A stretch of DNA of 64,000 bases from Clostridia bacterium. Its GTDB lineage: Bacteria; Bacillota; Clostridia; TANB77; CAG-508. The stretch is taken from positions 8,331 to 72,330 of the forward strand of contig JAZUKI010000004.1 in the NCBI GenBank assembly GCA_045643205.1, written 5' to 3'. This document shows, piece by piece, positions 19,455-29,876 of the stretch (within the stretch, counting starts at the first letter, position 1; each line of letters begins with the position of its first letter). The notes below the pieces were generated by a model. The model was not told where the DNA came from and searched no databases. It saw only the letters and a list, made by a program, of their open reading frames with translations. Position numbers and translations under genes: made by a program.

Positions 19455-20412
19455 CGTAATAGTACCTGTATATAATGTTCAGGACTACGTAACTAAATGT
19501 TTAATAAGTTTAGGTGAACAAACTATTGATGACTTAGAAGTTATCATTGTTAATGATGGTGCAACAGATGATTCTAAAGAGCGAATTATGAACTTTCTTG
19601 AAGATAAAGCACCAAAATTTAAAGGTAAAAAGTTTAAATATTTAGAAAAGCCAAATGGAGGACTGTCTGATGCTAGAAATTTTGGAATGAAAGAAGCAAC
19701 AGGTGATTACATAGCTTTTCTAGATTCAGATGACTATGTAGATAGTACTCTTTACGAAAAAATGTATAACAAAGCAATAAAAACAAATGCTGATTATGTA
19801 GAATGTGATTTTTATTGGACTTATTCAAAGAAAAATGGAAAATTAAAACTAAAAAAAGATGTTGGTTATAGGGCAAAGACAAGAAGAGATTTATTCGTAT
19901 ATGGAAGAGTAGTTGCTTGGAATAAATTAATAAGAAGAAGTTTAATAAATATTATTTTCCCAGTAGGACTTAATTATGAAGATGTAGAGTTTTTCTACAA
20001 GTTATTACCTAGTATTGAAAAATTTGCTGTAGTTGAAGAACCTCTAATCTATTATGTTCAAAGAGAAGGTTCTATTGTAAATAAACAAGATTATAAAACA
20101 GCACAAATATTTACAGTTCTTAATAATGTAATTGAATGGTACAAAAAACACAATTTATATGATGAGTATTTTGAAGAAATTGAGTATACATATACAAGAC
20201 TTATTTTCTGTAGTTCATTAAAAAGAATTGCAAAAATTAAAGATAACGTAGCAAGAGAAAAATTATTTTATGAAACATGGTCAAATGTTAATACAAAGTT
20301 TCCTAACTGGAAGAAGAACAAATATCTAAAAAAGAAGAGCAGAAAGAACTTATATTTAAAATCAATAACAAAAGTCACATACAAGATTTACTGCAAACTT
20401 TTAAAGAAATAA
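19441..20412 (+). CDS. Glycosyltransferase family 2
   Basis: 323 aa. VSVIVPVYNVQDYVTKCL...VIIVNDGATDDS...FLDSDD is the GT-A DxD architecture. Confidence 0.8.
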   Translation: MPKVSVIVPVYNVQDYVTKCLISLGEQTIDDLEVIIVNDGATDDSKERIMNFLEDKAPKFKGKKFKYLEKPNGGLSDARNFGMKEATGDYIAFLDSDDYVDSTLYEKMYNKAIKTNADYVECDFYWTYSKKNGKLKLKKDVGYRAKTRRDLFVYGRVVAWNKLIRRSLINIIFPVGLNYEDVEFFYKLLPSIEKFAVVEEPLIYYVQREGSIVNKQDYKTAQIFTVLNNVIEWYKKHNLYDEYFEEIEYTYTRLIFCSSLKRIAKIKDNVAREKLFYETWSNVNTKFPNWKKNKYLKKKSRKNLYLKSITKVTYKIYCKLLKK

Positions 20413-20502
20413 GTTTTATATAAATAGCAAGAAATAAAATTAAGCAAAGATAAATGAAATAGCAAATAAAGAACAAATAGTTCTAAGAAATAAAGGAAAA
20501 AG

Positions 20503-21624
20503 ATGAAAAAAGTTTTATTTGGAATTACTAGTTTAACTTTAGGTGGTGCCGAAAGAGTTCTAGTAGATTTAGCTAATAGAATAAAAAATGATTACGCAGT
20601 TACAATATTAACTGTGTATGCTAATGGAGAACTTGAAAAACAACTTGATGAATCAATTGAAGTTAGAAGTATATTTCCAAAGAGATTTGAGGAATATTCA
20701 AAAGTTGAAATCTTTAAAAATTCTAGACAACTTTTAAAGAAAGAGCAATTACCTGAAGGATTTGATTTATATGTTTCATTTTTAGAGGGACCCATTACAA
20801 GATTATTTGCTAAAGATATTAAAAATTCAGATGCTAAGAAAATAGTTTGGGTGCATAACGATATTTCAAAAGTTTTTGGTCAAGGATATAAAGCAAAATT
20901 AAAATTGAAAAATGATAAAAAAGCTTATGAAAAATTCGATGAAATAATATTTGTTTCACAAGAGAATTTAGAAGACTTTAAAAACACTTATCCACAAATT
21001 GATAACAAAAAGTTGAAAGTTATAAGAAACTATATTGATTATAAAAAAGTTTTAGAAAAGGCAGAACAAAAAGTTGATGATGCATTAGTAGAAACAGATA
21101 ATGTTAATCTTGTTTCTGTATGCAGACTAGTTGATCAAAAGGCATTAGATAGATTTGCTGTTGTACATAGAAGATTATTAGATGATGGATTTAAACATCA
21201 AGTATATATAGTCGGTGATGGACCAGCAAAGAGTAGTCTAAATGACTTAATAGATAAATTGGAAATAAAAGAAAGTTTCCATTTGTTAGGTTCAAAACAA
21301 AATCCATATCCTTATATAAAACAAGCAGATTACTTTTGCTTACTTTCATACTATGAAGGTTGGGGAATGGTTTTGGATGAAGCTAAGATTTTAAATAAAA
21401 ACATTTTAATCACAGATACTGCCGCAAAAGAATGTGTTAAAGAATATTCTAAAGCAGAAGTTTTTGAAAATTCAGAAGATGGAGTATATGCAGGATTAAA
21501 GAATGCTTTAAAAAATGCAAAACAAAAAGATAATAGTACAAATGATGCTATCGATGAAGTTGCTAAGTATTATGAAGATATCGCAATGCAAGTCGAAACA
21601 ATGTTTAACGAAAAGATAAAGTAG
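20503..21624 (+). CDS. Glycosyltransferase, GT-B fold (family 4-like)
   Basis: 373 aa. C-terminal EGWGMVLDEA motif (the E-x7-E region of GT4). Confidence 0.7.
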   Translation: MKKVLFGITSLTLGGAERVLVDLANRIKNDYAVTILTVYANGELEKQLDESIEVRSIFPKRFEEYSKVEIFKNSRQLLKKEQLPEGFDLYVSFLEGPITRLFAKDIKNSDAKKIVWVHNDISKVFGQGYKAKLKLKNDKKAYEKFDEIIFVSQENLEDFKNTYPQIDNKKLKVIRNYIDYKKVLEKAEQKVDDALVETDNVNLVSVCRLVDQKALDRFAVVHRRLLDDGFKHQVYIVGDGPAKSSLNDLIDKLEIKESFHLLGSKQNPYPYIKQADYFCLLSYYEGWGMVLDEAKILNKNILITDTAAKECVKEYSKAEVFENSEDGVYAGLKNALKNAKQKDNSTNDAIDEVAKYYEDIAMQVETMFNEKIK

Positions 21625-21639
21625 ATAAAGAGGATAATT

Positions 21640-22674
21640 ATGAAAATTTCAATTCTAACACCAACATACAATAGAGCAAAATATTTGGAACAAGTTTATA
21701 ACAGTTTAGTTATTAATACTCATTGCGGAGTTGATTTTGAATGGCTTATTATGGATGATGGCTCAACAGACAATACAGAAGTTGTAGTTCAAAATTATAT
21801 TGCACAAGGAATTGTTAATATCAAATATTATAAACAACATAACATGGGAAAAATGACAGCAATAAATAATTTGATGGATTATGTAACAGGAGATATCTGC
21901 TTTACATGTGATTCAGACGATTATTTAGCAACTGGTGCTTTAGATATCATTAGAGAAAATGCGGATAGATTATTAAAAGATGATACAGTTTATGCGTTAG
22001 CTTTCTTAAAGCAAAAGGAAAACGGCAAAATAAGCGGTGATAAATTTCCAGAAGAATATCATAGAAGTGATATGTTCAGTTTATATTTTAGAGAATGCAT
22101 TGATGGAGAATTTGTTTTAGTTTTCAAAACAGAAATAAGAAAACAATATCATCATGAAATTGAAGCGGATGAAAAGTTTATTACTGAAAGAAGAATGTAT
22201 CATAAAATGGATTTAGATCATGACATTATAGGAATAAACAAAGCTATTGAAGTAGGTGACTATCTAGAAGACGGCTATACTAAAAACATTACACATGTTT
22301 TTAAACAAAATCCTTTAGGATATTTTATGTATTTTAGAGAACTTCTTGAATTAGATTTAACAGGGGTTAAGTTCAATAAGAAAATGTATTTATACAAACA
22401 TTTTATATTGTTTTCAAATCTTGCTGAAAGAAGTCACACAATAAGAGAAACAAGAGGTTTGTTTAATAAATTTATGCTTTGTATTTTATGGATACCAGGA
22501 ACATTAGCAACAAAGAAAAGATTTTCAGGGGCCAATAATTTTAAAAATGATGCTGATGAAGAAGCGGAAGCAAAAGGATATATTGGTTCACACAAGCACG
22601 AAGAAGAAGTAAAAGAAATACAAGAAGAAATTAAAAAGAGAGAATTGAAAAAGAAAAAAGAAAAACAAAAATAA
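21640..22674 (+). CDS. Glycosyltransferase family 2 with Lys/Glu-rich C-terminal tail
   Basis: 344 aa. ISILTPTYNRAKYLEQ ... LIMDDGSTD ... CDSDD. Confidence 0.75.
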   Translation: MKISILTPTYNRAKYLEQVYNSLVINTHCGVDFEWLIMDDGSTDNTEVVVQNYIAQGIVNIKYYKQHNMGKMTAINNLMDYVTGDICFTCDSDDYLATGALDIIRENADRLLKDDTVYALAFLKQKENGKISGDKFPEEYHRSDMFSLYFRECIDGEFVLVFKTEIRKQYHHEIEADEKFITERRMYHKMDLDHDIIGINKAIEVGDYLEDGYTKNITHVFKQNPLGYFMYFRELLELDLTGVKFNKKMYLYKHFILFSNLAERSHTIRETRGLFNKFMLCILWIPGTLATKKRFSGANNFKNDADEEAEAKGYIGSHKHEEEVKEIQEEIKKRELKKKKEKQK

Positions 22675-22788
22675 AATTTATAAAAGATATGAAATCAGAA
22701 AATAAATTTATTAAAAAATAAAATTGAAATTTATGCAAAAGACAAAAGTTTATAAAAAATCAAAAAATAATTTAGATGGAGAAGAAGA

Positions 22789-23532
22789 ATGGCTAAGATA
22801 TCAGATGAATATAGCATAGTAGTAGACCACGTATACAAAAATTTTATTGTATACATGGATAAAGCACCAAGTTTGAAAGAAAAATTATTGTTTTGGAAAA
22901 GAAACAGAAAAGAAAATAGAGAAGTATTAAAAGATATTAATTTAAACATAAAAAAAGGTGAAGCTGTTGCATTAATAGGTGTTAATGGTAGTGGTAAGTC
23001 AACATTACTTAAGTTAATGACAAAAATTATTTATCCAAACAAGGGAAAAATTACTACAAACGGAAAATTAACATCATTACTAGAATTAGGTGCTGGTTTC
23101 CATCCTGATTTTTCTGGCAGAGAAAATATTTATTTTAATGCTTCTATCTTTGGTTTAACTAGAAAAGAAATTGATGCAAGATTAGATCAAATAATTGAGT
23201 TTTCAGAATTAGGAGATTATATAGATAATCCTGTAAGAACTTATTCTTCAGGTATGTATATGAGACTTGCATTTGCAGTAGCAATAAATGTTGATGCCGA
23301 AATTCTTTTAGTTGATGAAATCTTAGCAGTTGGTGATCAACATTTCCAAGATAAATGTATTAACAAGATGAAAGAATTAAAAAAAGAAGGCAAGACTATG
23401 ATTTTTGTTACACATAGTTTAAATTCTGCAAGAGAATTATGCGATAGAGGTATATGGATTAAAAATGGAGTAGTAGAAGAAGATGGCAACATAAACGAAG
23501 TAGTTGATCATTATCTTGAAGCTACAAAATAA
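22789..23532 (+). CDS. ABC transporter ATP-binding protein (polysaccharide/teichoic-acid exporter, TagH/Wzt-like)
   Basis: 247 aa. Walker A GVNGSGKST, signature YSSGMYMRL, Walker B LLVDE. Confidence 0.8.
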   Translation: MAKISDEYSIVVDHVYKNFIVYMDKAPSLKEKLLFWKRNRKENREVLKDINLNIKKGEAVALIGVNGSGKSTLLKLMTKIIYPNKGKITTNGKLTSLLELGAGFHPDFSGRENIYFNASIFGLTRKEIDARLDQIIEFSELGDYIDNPVRTYSSGMYMRLAFAVAINVDAEILLVDEILAVGDQHFQDKCINKMKELKKEGKTMIFVTHSLNSARELCDRGIWIKNGVVEEDGNINEVVDHYLEATK

Positions 23533-23577
23533 AAAATATAAGACAAGAATAAATATCAAAATAAAACAGGAGATTTT

Positions 23578-24351
23578 ATGAGCATTTTTAAGAATTTATA
23601 TAATTATAGAGAATTAATAAAAACAAGTGTTAAGAAAGATATAGGTGGAAAATACAAACATTCATTCTTTGGAGTGCTTTGGTCATTCATAAATCCACTT
23701 TTACAAATTGCTGTTTATGCAATTGTATTTCCATTAATAATGAGAAACAACATACCTAATTACACAGTATTTATGGTATGTGGTCTTATACCATGGGCAT
23801 ATTTTAGTTCAAGTGTAAATCGTTCAACATTTGTAATGATTGAGAATGGAAATATTTTGAAAAAAGTTTATTTTCCGCGAGAGATATTACCATTGTCATT
23901 AGTTACTAGTGAAACTGTAAACTTTTTAATTTCATCGATTATAATTCTAGTATTTACTTTAGCTAATGGAATTGCTTTAAGTTGGTTAATTGTATTATTC
24001 CCAGTAGTTTTACTTGTACAATATGTTTTACAACTAGGAATTGCTTTAATACTTTCAAGTGTAACTGTTTACTTTAGAGATTTAAATCACTTTATGGGTG
24101 TTTTATTACAATTATTCTTCTATGCAACACCTATTGTTTATAGTATTGAAACTATACCTGAGAACTTTAGATGGATACTTAAATTTAATCCAATGACATA
24201 CATAATTGAAGGATATAGATCAATTTTCTATACACATGAAATGCCAGACTTTAAAGCAATTGGAATAGTGTTTGCAATTGCAGTTGCATTATTAATATTA
24301 GGATATTTATTATTCAATAAATTGCAAAAGAGATTTGCAGAAGAACTATAG
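23578..24351 (+). CDS. ABC-2 type transporter permease (TagG/Wzm-like)
   Basis: 257 aa with 6 predicted TM helices. Immediately downstream of the ATPase. Confidence 0.75.
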   Translation: MSIFKNLYNYRELIKTSVKKDIGGKYKHSFFGVLWSFINPLLQIAVYAIVFPLIMRNNIPNYTVFMVCGLIPWAYFSSSVNRSTFVMIENGNILKKVYFPREILPLSLVTSETVNFLISSIIILVFTLANGIALSWLIVLFPVVLLVQYVLQLGIALILSSVTVYFRDLNHFMGVLLQLFFYATPIVYSIETIPENFRWILKFNPMTYIIEGYRSIFYTHEMPDFKAIGIVFAIAVALLILGYLLFNKLQKRFAEEL

Positions 24352-24369
24352 AAGTGGGGGAAAATAATA

Positions 24370-26619
24370 ATGGAAGAATTTTTTGACTTCAGCAAGGAGC
24401 CAGGAAAAAAATTAGAAAGACTAAAATACGAAAAACATAAACCTGAAATTTCAGTAATTATTCCATTTTATAATGATAAAGATTATATAGAACAATCAGT
24501 AAATTGTATATTAAATCAAACATATCCATATTTTGAATTACTTATTGTAGATGATGGTTCAAAAGATGAAGAAAGTTTAAAAAAGTTAGAAGAAGTTTCG
24601 AAACTAGATGAGAGAATAACTGTTTTTCATAAACAAAATGAAGGATTAGCTGCAACAAGAGATTATGGAGCTTCAAAAGCATCAAAAGATACAAAATATT
24701 TAATGTTTATAGATTCAGATGACTTAATAGATAAAACATTTTTTGAATGTGCATATTGGGCATTAGAAACTAATAAAGATGCAAGTTGGGCATATGCAGA
24801 TTCAGTAGGATTTGGATGTACTACATATACATGGAATAAGTGGTTCAGTTCAGAAAAAATGAAAAAAGTAAATGATTTAATATCAGCAGCAGTAATAAGA
24901 AAAGAGGCATTCGAAGAAGTTGGCGGCTATGAGCTAAGAGAAAAATCAGTAAATGAAGATTGGAACTTTTGGCTAAAATTAATAGCTAAAGGCAGATATC
25001 CTGTTCATATGAGTTATTATGCAGAATGGTATAGAAGAAAAGAATCAGGAGAATTAGCTAAAGCAACTGCTAATAGAAAAAGATCACTAGAAATAGTAAA
25101 GAAAACAGCTAAAACAATTACTAAAAAAGTAGAAGCTATACAATATCCATCATATAGATTTGATAAAGAAATAGTAAGCAATGTTGATATAGTCCAACCA
25201 AAAATACAAAATGATAAGAAAATTCATTTGTTAATGATTATTCCATGGATGGTTATGGGTGGTGCTGATAAATTTAATATAGACTTATTAAGTAGATTAG
25301 ATAAAGATAAGTATGATATCACAATTGTTTCAACCGAACCAGGAATGAATGAATTTAGACAAAGTTTTGAACAAGTTGCTACAGTTTATGATTTATCTTC
25401 TTTCTTAAGTCAAAAAGATTGGTTAGCTTTTGTAAAATATATTATTGAAAAAAATAATATAAATTTAATTTTTAATACAAATAGTTACACAGGATACAAT
25501 ATGTTACCAAGTATTAAAGGAATGTTTCCAGAGATTCCTATTATGGATTATATACATATGGAAGAATGGTATAACAGAGATGGTGGATATTCTAGAGATT
25601 CTAGTGAAGTTGAAAATGTAATTGATAAAACTATTTGTTGTAATGCCAATAGTACTAGAATATTAGAAGAGTATTTTGGAAGAAATCCAAAAGAATTAGG
25701 AACTGTTTATATTGGAGTAGATGAGAAAAAATTTGATCCAACACAGTTTGATGTTGAAGAATCAAGAAAAGAACTAAATGTAAACAAGAAGTATGCAATA
25801 GGATTTATTTGTAGAATTTCAAAACAAAAAAGACCATTTTTAATGTTAGAAATAGCTAAAAAGTTAAAAGAAAAAAGAGATGATTTTGTTATTTTAGTTG
25901 CAGGAGATGGAGAACTTTTAGAACAGGTTAAGAAAAAAGCTAAAAAATATGGATTAAAAGATAATATACAATTTTTAGGAAGAGTTTTAAAGCCAAGAAC
26001 TATATATAGAGCATCTGATGTTACTTTAAATTGCTCTATTAAAGAAGGCTTAGCGCTTACTTCATACGAATCATTAAGTATGGGAACACCAGTTGTTTCG
26101 GCAGATGTTGGTGGACAAAAAGAACTAATTAATGAAGATGTTGGTGTAATTGTACCATGTATGCAAGAAGAAAAAGACATTGATATAATTGAATATTCAG
26201 ATGAAGAAATTGACCCATATGTAGATGGATTAAATAAAGTGTTAGATAACATTGATCAATACAAGAATAAATGTAGAGATAGAATATTAAATGGATTTAC
26301 AATTGATCAAATGGTAGTAAATATGGATAAAGAATTTACAATGATAATGGAAAATCCGAATAAAGAAAAAATTCATAATGGACAAGTGATAGCACAAAAT
26401 TTAGATGAAGCATATGCTAGACTAGCAAAACATTTTGAAGATATAAAAGATGTATATGAATGGCAAGCAAAAGAATTTAATATTAAGCATGGAATGGAAG
26501 GAACATATAAACTTCAAATATTCAGAGAAAAAATGTGGAAACATGCTTGGTATAGAGGAATAGTAAAAGTCTTTCAAAAAATAGGAATAATAAAATTTGC
26601 AAAGAAAATTATTAATTAA
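24370..26619 (+). CDS. Two-domain glycosyltransferase (N-terminal GT2, C-terminal GT-B/GT4-like)
   Basis: 749 aa. ISVIIPFYNDKDYIEQ...LLIVDDGSKDE...FIDSDD in the N-terminal half. The C-terminal half has the GT4-like E-x7-E region (EGLALTSYESLSMGTPVV). Confidence 0.7.
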   Translation: MEEFFDFSKEPGKKLERLKYEKHKPEISVIIPFYNDKDYIEQSVNCILNQTYPYFELLIVDDGSKDEESLKKLEEVSKLDERITVFHKQNEGLAATRDYGASKASKDTKYLMFIDSDDLIDKTFFECAYWALETNKDASWAYADSVGFGCTTYTWNKWFSSEKMKKVNDLISAAVIRKEAFEEVGGYELREKSVNEDWNFWLKLIAKGRYPVHMSYYAEWYRRKESGELAKATANRKRSLEIVKKTAKTITKKVEAIQYPSYRFDKEIVSNVDIVQPKIQNDKKIHLLMIIPWMVMGGADKFNIDLLSRLDKDKYDITIVSTEPGMNEFRQSFEQVATVYDLSSFLSQKDWLAFVKYIIEKNNINLIFNTNSYTGYNMLPSIKGMFPEIPIMDYIHMEEWYNRDGGYSRDSSEVENVIDKTICCNANSTRILEEYFGRNPKELGTVYIGVDEKKFDPTQFDVEESRKELNVNKKYAIGFICRISKQKRPFLMLEIAKKLKEKRDDFVILVAGDGELLEQVKKKAKKYGLKDNIQFLGRVLKPRTIYRASDVTLNCSIKEGLALTSYESLSMGTPVVSADVGGQKELINEDVGVIVPCMQEEKDIDIIEYSDEEIDPYVDGLNKVLDNIDQYKNKCRDRILNGFTIDQMVVNMDKEFTMIMENPNKEKIHNGQVIAQNLDEAYARLAKHFEDIKDVYEWQAKEFNIKHGMEGTYKLQIFREKMWKHAWYRGIVKVFQKIGIIKFAKKIIN

Positions 26620-26639
26620 GTATAAGATAGAAGGAAAAA

Positions 26640-28151
26640 ATGAAAGAAAAAATTAAAAATGCAATTATAGACAGAAAAATATATATTATTTTACTAATTG
26701 TATTAGTGTTTTTTGGAAGTTTTGTAAATACTAATTATACAACTGATACATATGCTGTTATTGGTTCATCAATAAAAAAAATAGTAAATAATTATTTAAT
26801 GTGTGGTAGACCATTTCAAGCAGTATTTCATATAATTTTTTCAGTAATGCATATAGGAATAGAAAGAATATACATATTTTCATATATAGCAGCAATAATA
26901 TTTATAACACTTGCAATTTACAAATTATATAAACTATTTGAAAGTGAAGTGAGGGCATTAAAGTTATCAACTAAAATTTTAATGTTAGTAATATCAGTAG
27001 TTACTATAATCAATCCATTTTCTATAGAATTGTTTTTTTACATTGAAAAAGGACTGATGGTTGCTTCATTATTCTTTATTGTAAAGGCACTTGAATTATT
27101 TGTAAGATTTTTAAAACAAGGTACATATAAAAATGGAAAAAAAGAATTCTATTTTTCTATGATTAACATGTTTATTGCTACATTACTATATCAAGGCACA
27201 GTTGGAATATTTTTACCATTGGCTACAATATTTATTTTTAAGTATGAAAAGAATTTTAAGAGTTTCTTAATAAAAACATTTAATACAATTGTTATTTATG
27301 CAATTCCAGCAATAATTGATCTAGGTATTGCAAAATTTATATTTAAGGGGAATAGAGTTAGTGAAACAACAAACATTTTAGATGCAATAAGTAAATGCTT
27401 TTCTGGATCACTTGAAATGTTTAATGCATTTGAAATTTTTCCAAAATACTTTTTAGTTATTATGATTCTAGCAATATTTACTATTACTGCAAAGTCAGCA
27501 ATAGTAAAATGTAATAATTTAAAAAAATCAGTAATGCAACTAGTAAAATTAATTTATATTTGCATATTAACATATATAATTGCTATTGCACCACAATTAC
27601 TTCAATCAAGTAATGCAATATGGTTTACACCACGAGCATTATATAGTTTTGGAAGTGTTTTAGGAATTATAGGTTCTTACTATATAGTAAATATTAAAAA
27701 TGAAGAATCAAATGAAAAAGGATTAAACTATATTTTAATAATTACATACTTAATATTAATGATTGTTCAATTTAAGTCATTCAATACAATTATTTTAGAT
27801 AACTATAAAATAGCACTTGCTGATGAACAATATGCAAAAACAATTCAAACATATATTGATGAATATGAAAAAGAAAAAGATATAAAAATTAAAACAATAA
27901 GCATTTATTATGATAAAAATAAAACATACACATATGAAGAAATTACACCAATCAAAGATATGAATATAAAAGCAATAGCTACATATTGGTCAGATGTAAA
28001 TTCTATAAATTATTATAATTATAAAAATTATGAAAGAGTTGAAGGTACAGATGAAAATATAAAACAAATATTTCAAGAAAAAGATTGGAACAAATTTGAT
28101 AAAGAACAACTTATTTTTATAGGGGATACATTACATTTATGCGTTTATTAG
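26640..28151 (+). CDS. Polytopic membrane protein of unknown function (possible polymerase or GT-C-like)
   Basis: 503 aa with about 10 TM helices in the N-terminal 370 aa and a soluble C-terminal domain. No motif verified. Confidence 0.35.
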   Translation: MKEKIKNAIIDRKIYIILLIVLVFFGSFVNTNYTTDTYAVIGSSIKKIVNNYLMCGRPFQAVFHIIFSVMHIGIERIYIFSYIAAIIFITLAIYKLYKLFESEVRALKLSTKILMLVISVVTIINPFSIELFFYIEKGLMVASLFFIVKALELFVRFLKQGTYKNGKKEFYFSMINMFIATLLYQGTVGIFLPLATIFIFKYEKNFKSFLIKTFNTIVIYAIPAIIDLGIAKFIFKGNRVSETTNILDAISKCFSGSLEMFNAFEIFPKYFLVIMILAIFTITAKSAIVKCNNLKKSVMQLVKLIYICILTYIIAIAPQLLQSSNAIWFTPRALYSFGSVLGIIGSYYIVNIKNEESNEKGLNYILIITYLILMIVQFKSFNTIILDNYKIALADEQYAKTIQTYIDEYEKEKDIKIKTISIYYDKNKTYTYEEITPIKDMNIKAIATYWSDVNSINYYNYKNYERVEGTDENIKQIFQEKDWNKFDKEQLIFIGDTLHLCVY

Positions 28152-28176
28152 AATCTATAAAATGAATGGAGAATTT

Positions 28177-29133
28177 ATGAAAAAAAAATTATCAATAATT
28201 GTATCATGTTATAACGAAGAACAAGTATTACCATTATTTTACAAAGAAGTATCAAAAGTAATAGATGAAATGAAGGAATTAGATTTTGAGTTATTATTTG
28301 TTAATGATGGTTCAAAAGATAATACTTTAAATGTTATGAAAGAACTTGCTAAAAAAGATGAAAGAATACGATATGTAAGTTTTTCTAGAAACTTTGGAAA
28401 AGAATCAGCAATGTATGCAGGATTGAAAAATGCTACAGGAGATTATGTAACTCTTATGGATGCTGATTTACAAGATCCGCCAGCATTATTACCTGAAATG
28501 TACAAAGAGTTAATTGAAGGCAATTACGATATGATTGGTACTAGAAGAGTAACACGTAAAGGAGAGCCACCAATTCGTTCTTTTTTTGCTAGAAGATTTT
28601 ATAAACTAATAAATAGAATGTCTGATATTGAAATGGTTGATGGAGCTAGAGATTATAGATTAATGACTAGACAAGTTGTTGATGCGATAGTTTCATTAGA
28701 AGAATATAACAGATATTCAAAAGGATTATTTTCATTTGTAGGATTTAATACAAAATGGATTGAATTTGAAAATGTTAAAAGAGCAGCAGGAGAAACAAAA
28801 TGGTCATTCTGGAAATTATTTAAATATGCTATAGATGGTATTGTAGGCTTTTCTACAGCTCCATTAAATATAGCTTCAATATTAGGATTACTTATGTGCT
28901 TTTTAGCATTTATATTAATAATAGTTATTATTGTTAAAACATTAGTACTAGGAGATCCAACATCTGGATGGCCTAGCACAATATGTACTATATTATTAGT
29001 TTCTGGTGTTCAAATGTTAAGCTTAGGAATAGTTGGTAAATATTTGGCAAAAACTTATTTAGAAGTAAAGAAAAGACCAATTTATATAATAAAAGAAACT
29101 GAAAAAGATTTAAAACAAGATAGCAAAGATTAA
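28177..29133 (+). CDS. Polyprenol-phosphate glycosyltransferase (GT2, GtrB/CsbB/DPM1-like) with C-terminal TM helices
   Basis: Start moved to ATG 28177 (MKKKLSIIVSCYNEE), preceded by GGAGA. LMDADLQD is the DxD motif, and two C-terminal TM helices are typical of GtrB-type enzymes. Confidence 0.8.
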   Translation: MKKKLSIIVSCYNEEQVLPLFYKEVSKVIDEMKELDFELLFVNDGSKDNTLNVMKELAKKDERIRYVSFSRNFGKESAMYAGLKNATGDYVTLMDADLQDPPALLPEMYKELIEGNYDMIGTRRVTRKGEPPIRSFFARRFYKLINRMSDIEMVDGARDYRLMTRQVVDAIVSLEEYNRYSKGLFSFVGFNTKWIEFENVKRAAGETKWSFWKLFKYAIDGIVGFSTAPLNIASILGLLMCFLAFILIIVIIVKTLVLGDPTSGWPSTICTILLVSGVQMLSLGIVGKYLAKTYLEVKKRPIYIIKETEKDLKQDSKD

Positions 29134-29180
29134 TTAATAAAAGACAAATATATTATTAATAAAGATATCAAAGGAAAAAT

Positions 29181-29876
29181 ATGAGTAACATAGTAGTATT
29201 AGTTCCATGCTATAACGAGAGTATAACAATAAAAAAAGTTGTTGAAGATTTCAAAAAAATATTACCTGAAGCTGCAATTTATGTTTATGATAATAATTCA
29301 ACAGATAAGACAGATGAAATTGCAAAAGAAGCTGGCGCAATAGTTAGATATGAACATAAGCAAGGCAAGGGAAACGTAGTAAAAACAATGTTTGAAGAAA
29401 TAGATGCAGATTGTTACATCATGGTAGATGGTGATGATACATATCCGGCAGAAGAAGCACAAAAGTTTGTAAAAGAAATATTAGAAAATAATATTGATAT
29501 GGTTATAGGAGATAGAATTTCTTTAAACAATTTTGGAAAAATAAAAGGAACATCGCATAGATTTGGAAATAAATTAGTTAGAGATTTAGTTAATAAATCT
29601 TATCATAGTGATATTAAAGATGTTATGACAGGATATAGAGCTTTTAGCAAAAAATTTGTAAAATCATTTCATCCAATTTCAGAAGGGTTTGAGATAGAAA
29701 CAGAAATGACTATATATGCATTGGAAAAAAATATGAAAACTTCAAATCTAATTATAGAATATAGAGATAGACCTCAAGGCAGTCATTCGAAATTGAAAAC
29801 ATATTCAGATGGTTTAAAAGTTTTGAAAATGATTAGAAGATTAAAGAAAAAGAATAAAAATTGTAAGGAAGAATAA
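29181..29876 (+). CDS. Glycosyltransferase family 2 (short, soluble, GtrB-like catalytic domain only)
   Basis: 231 aa. VVLVPCYNESITI ... YVYDNNSTDKT ... MVDGDD. Confidence 0.7.
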   Translation: MSNIVVLVPCYNESITIKKVVEDFKKILPEAAIYVYDNNSTDKTDEIAKEAGAIVRYEHKQGKGNVVKTMFEEIDADCYIMVDGDDTYPAEEAQKFVKEILENNIDMVIGDRISLNNFGKIKGTSHRFGNKLVRDLVNKSYHSDIKDVMTGYRAFSKKFVKSFHPISEGFEIETEMTIYALEKNMKTSNLIIEYRDRPQGSHSKLKTYSDGLKVLKMIRRLKKKNKNCKEE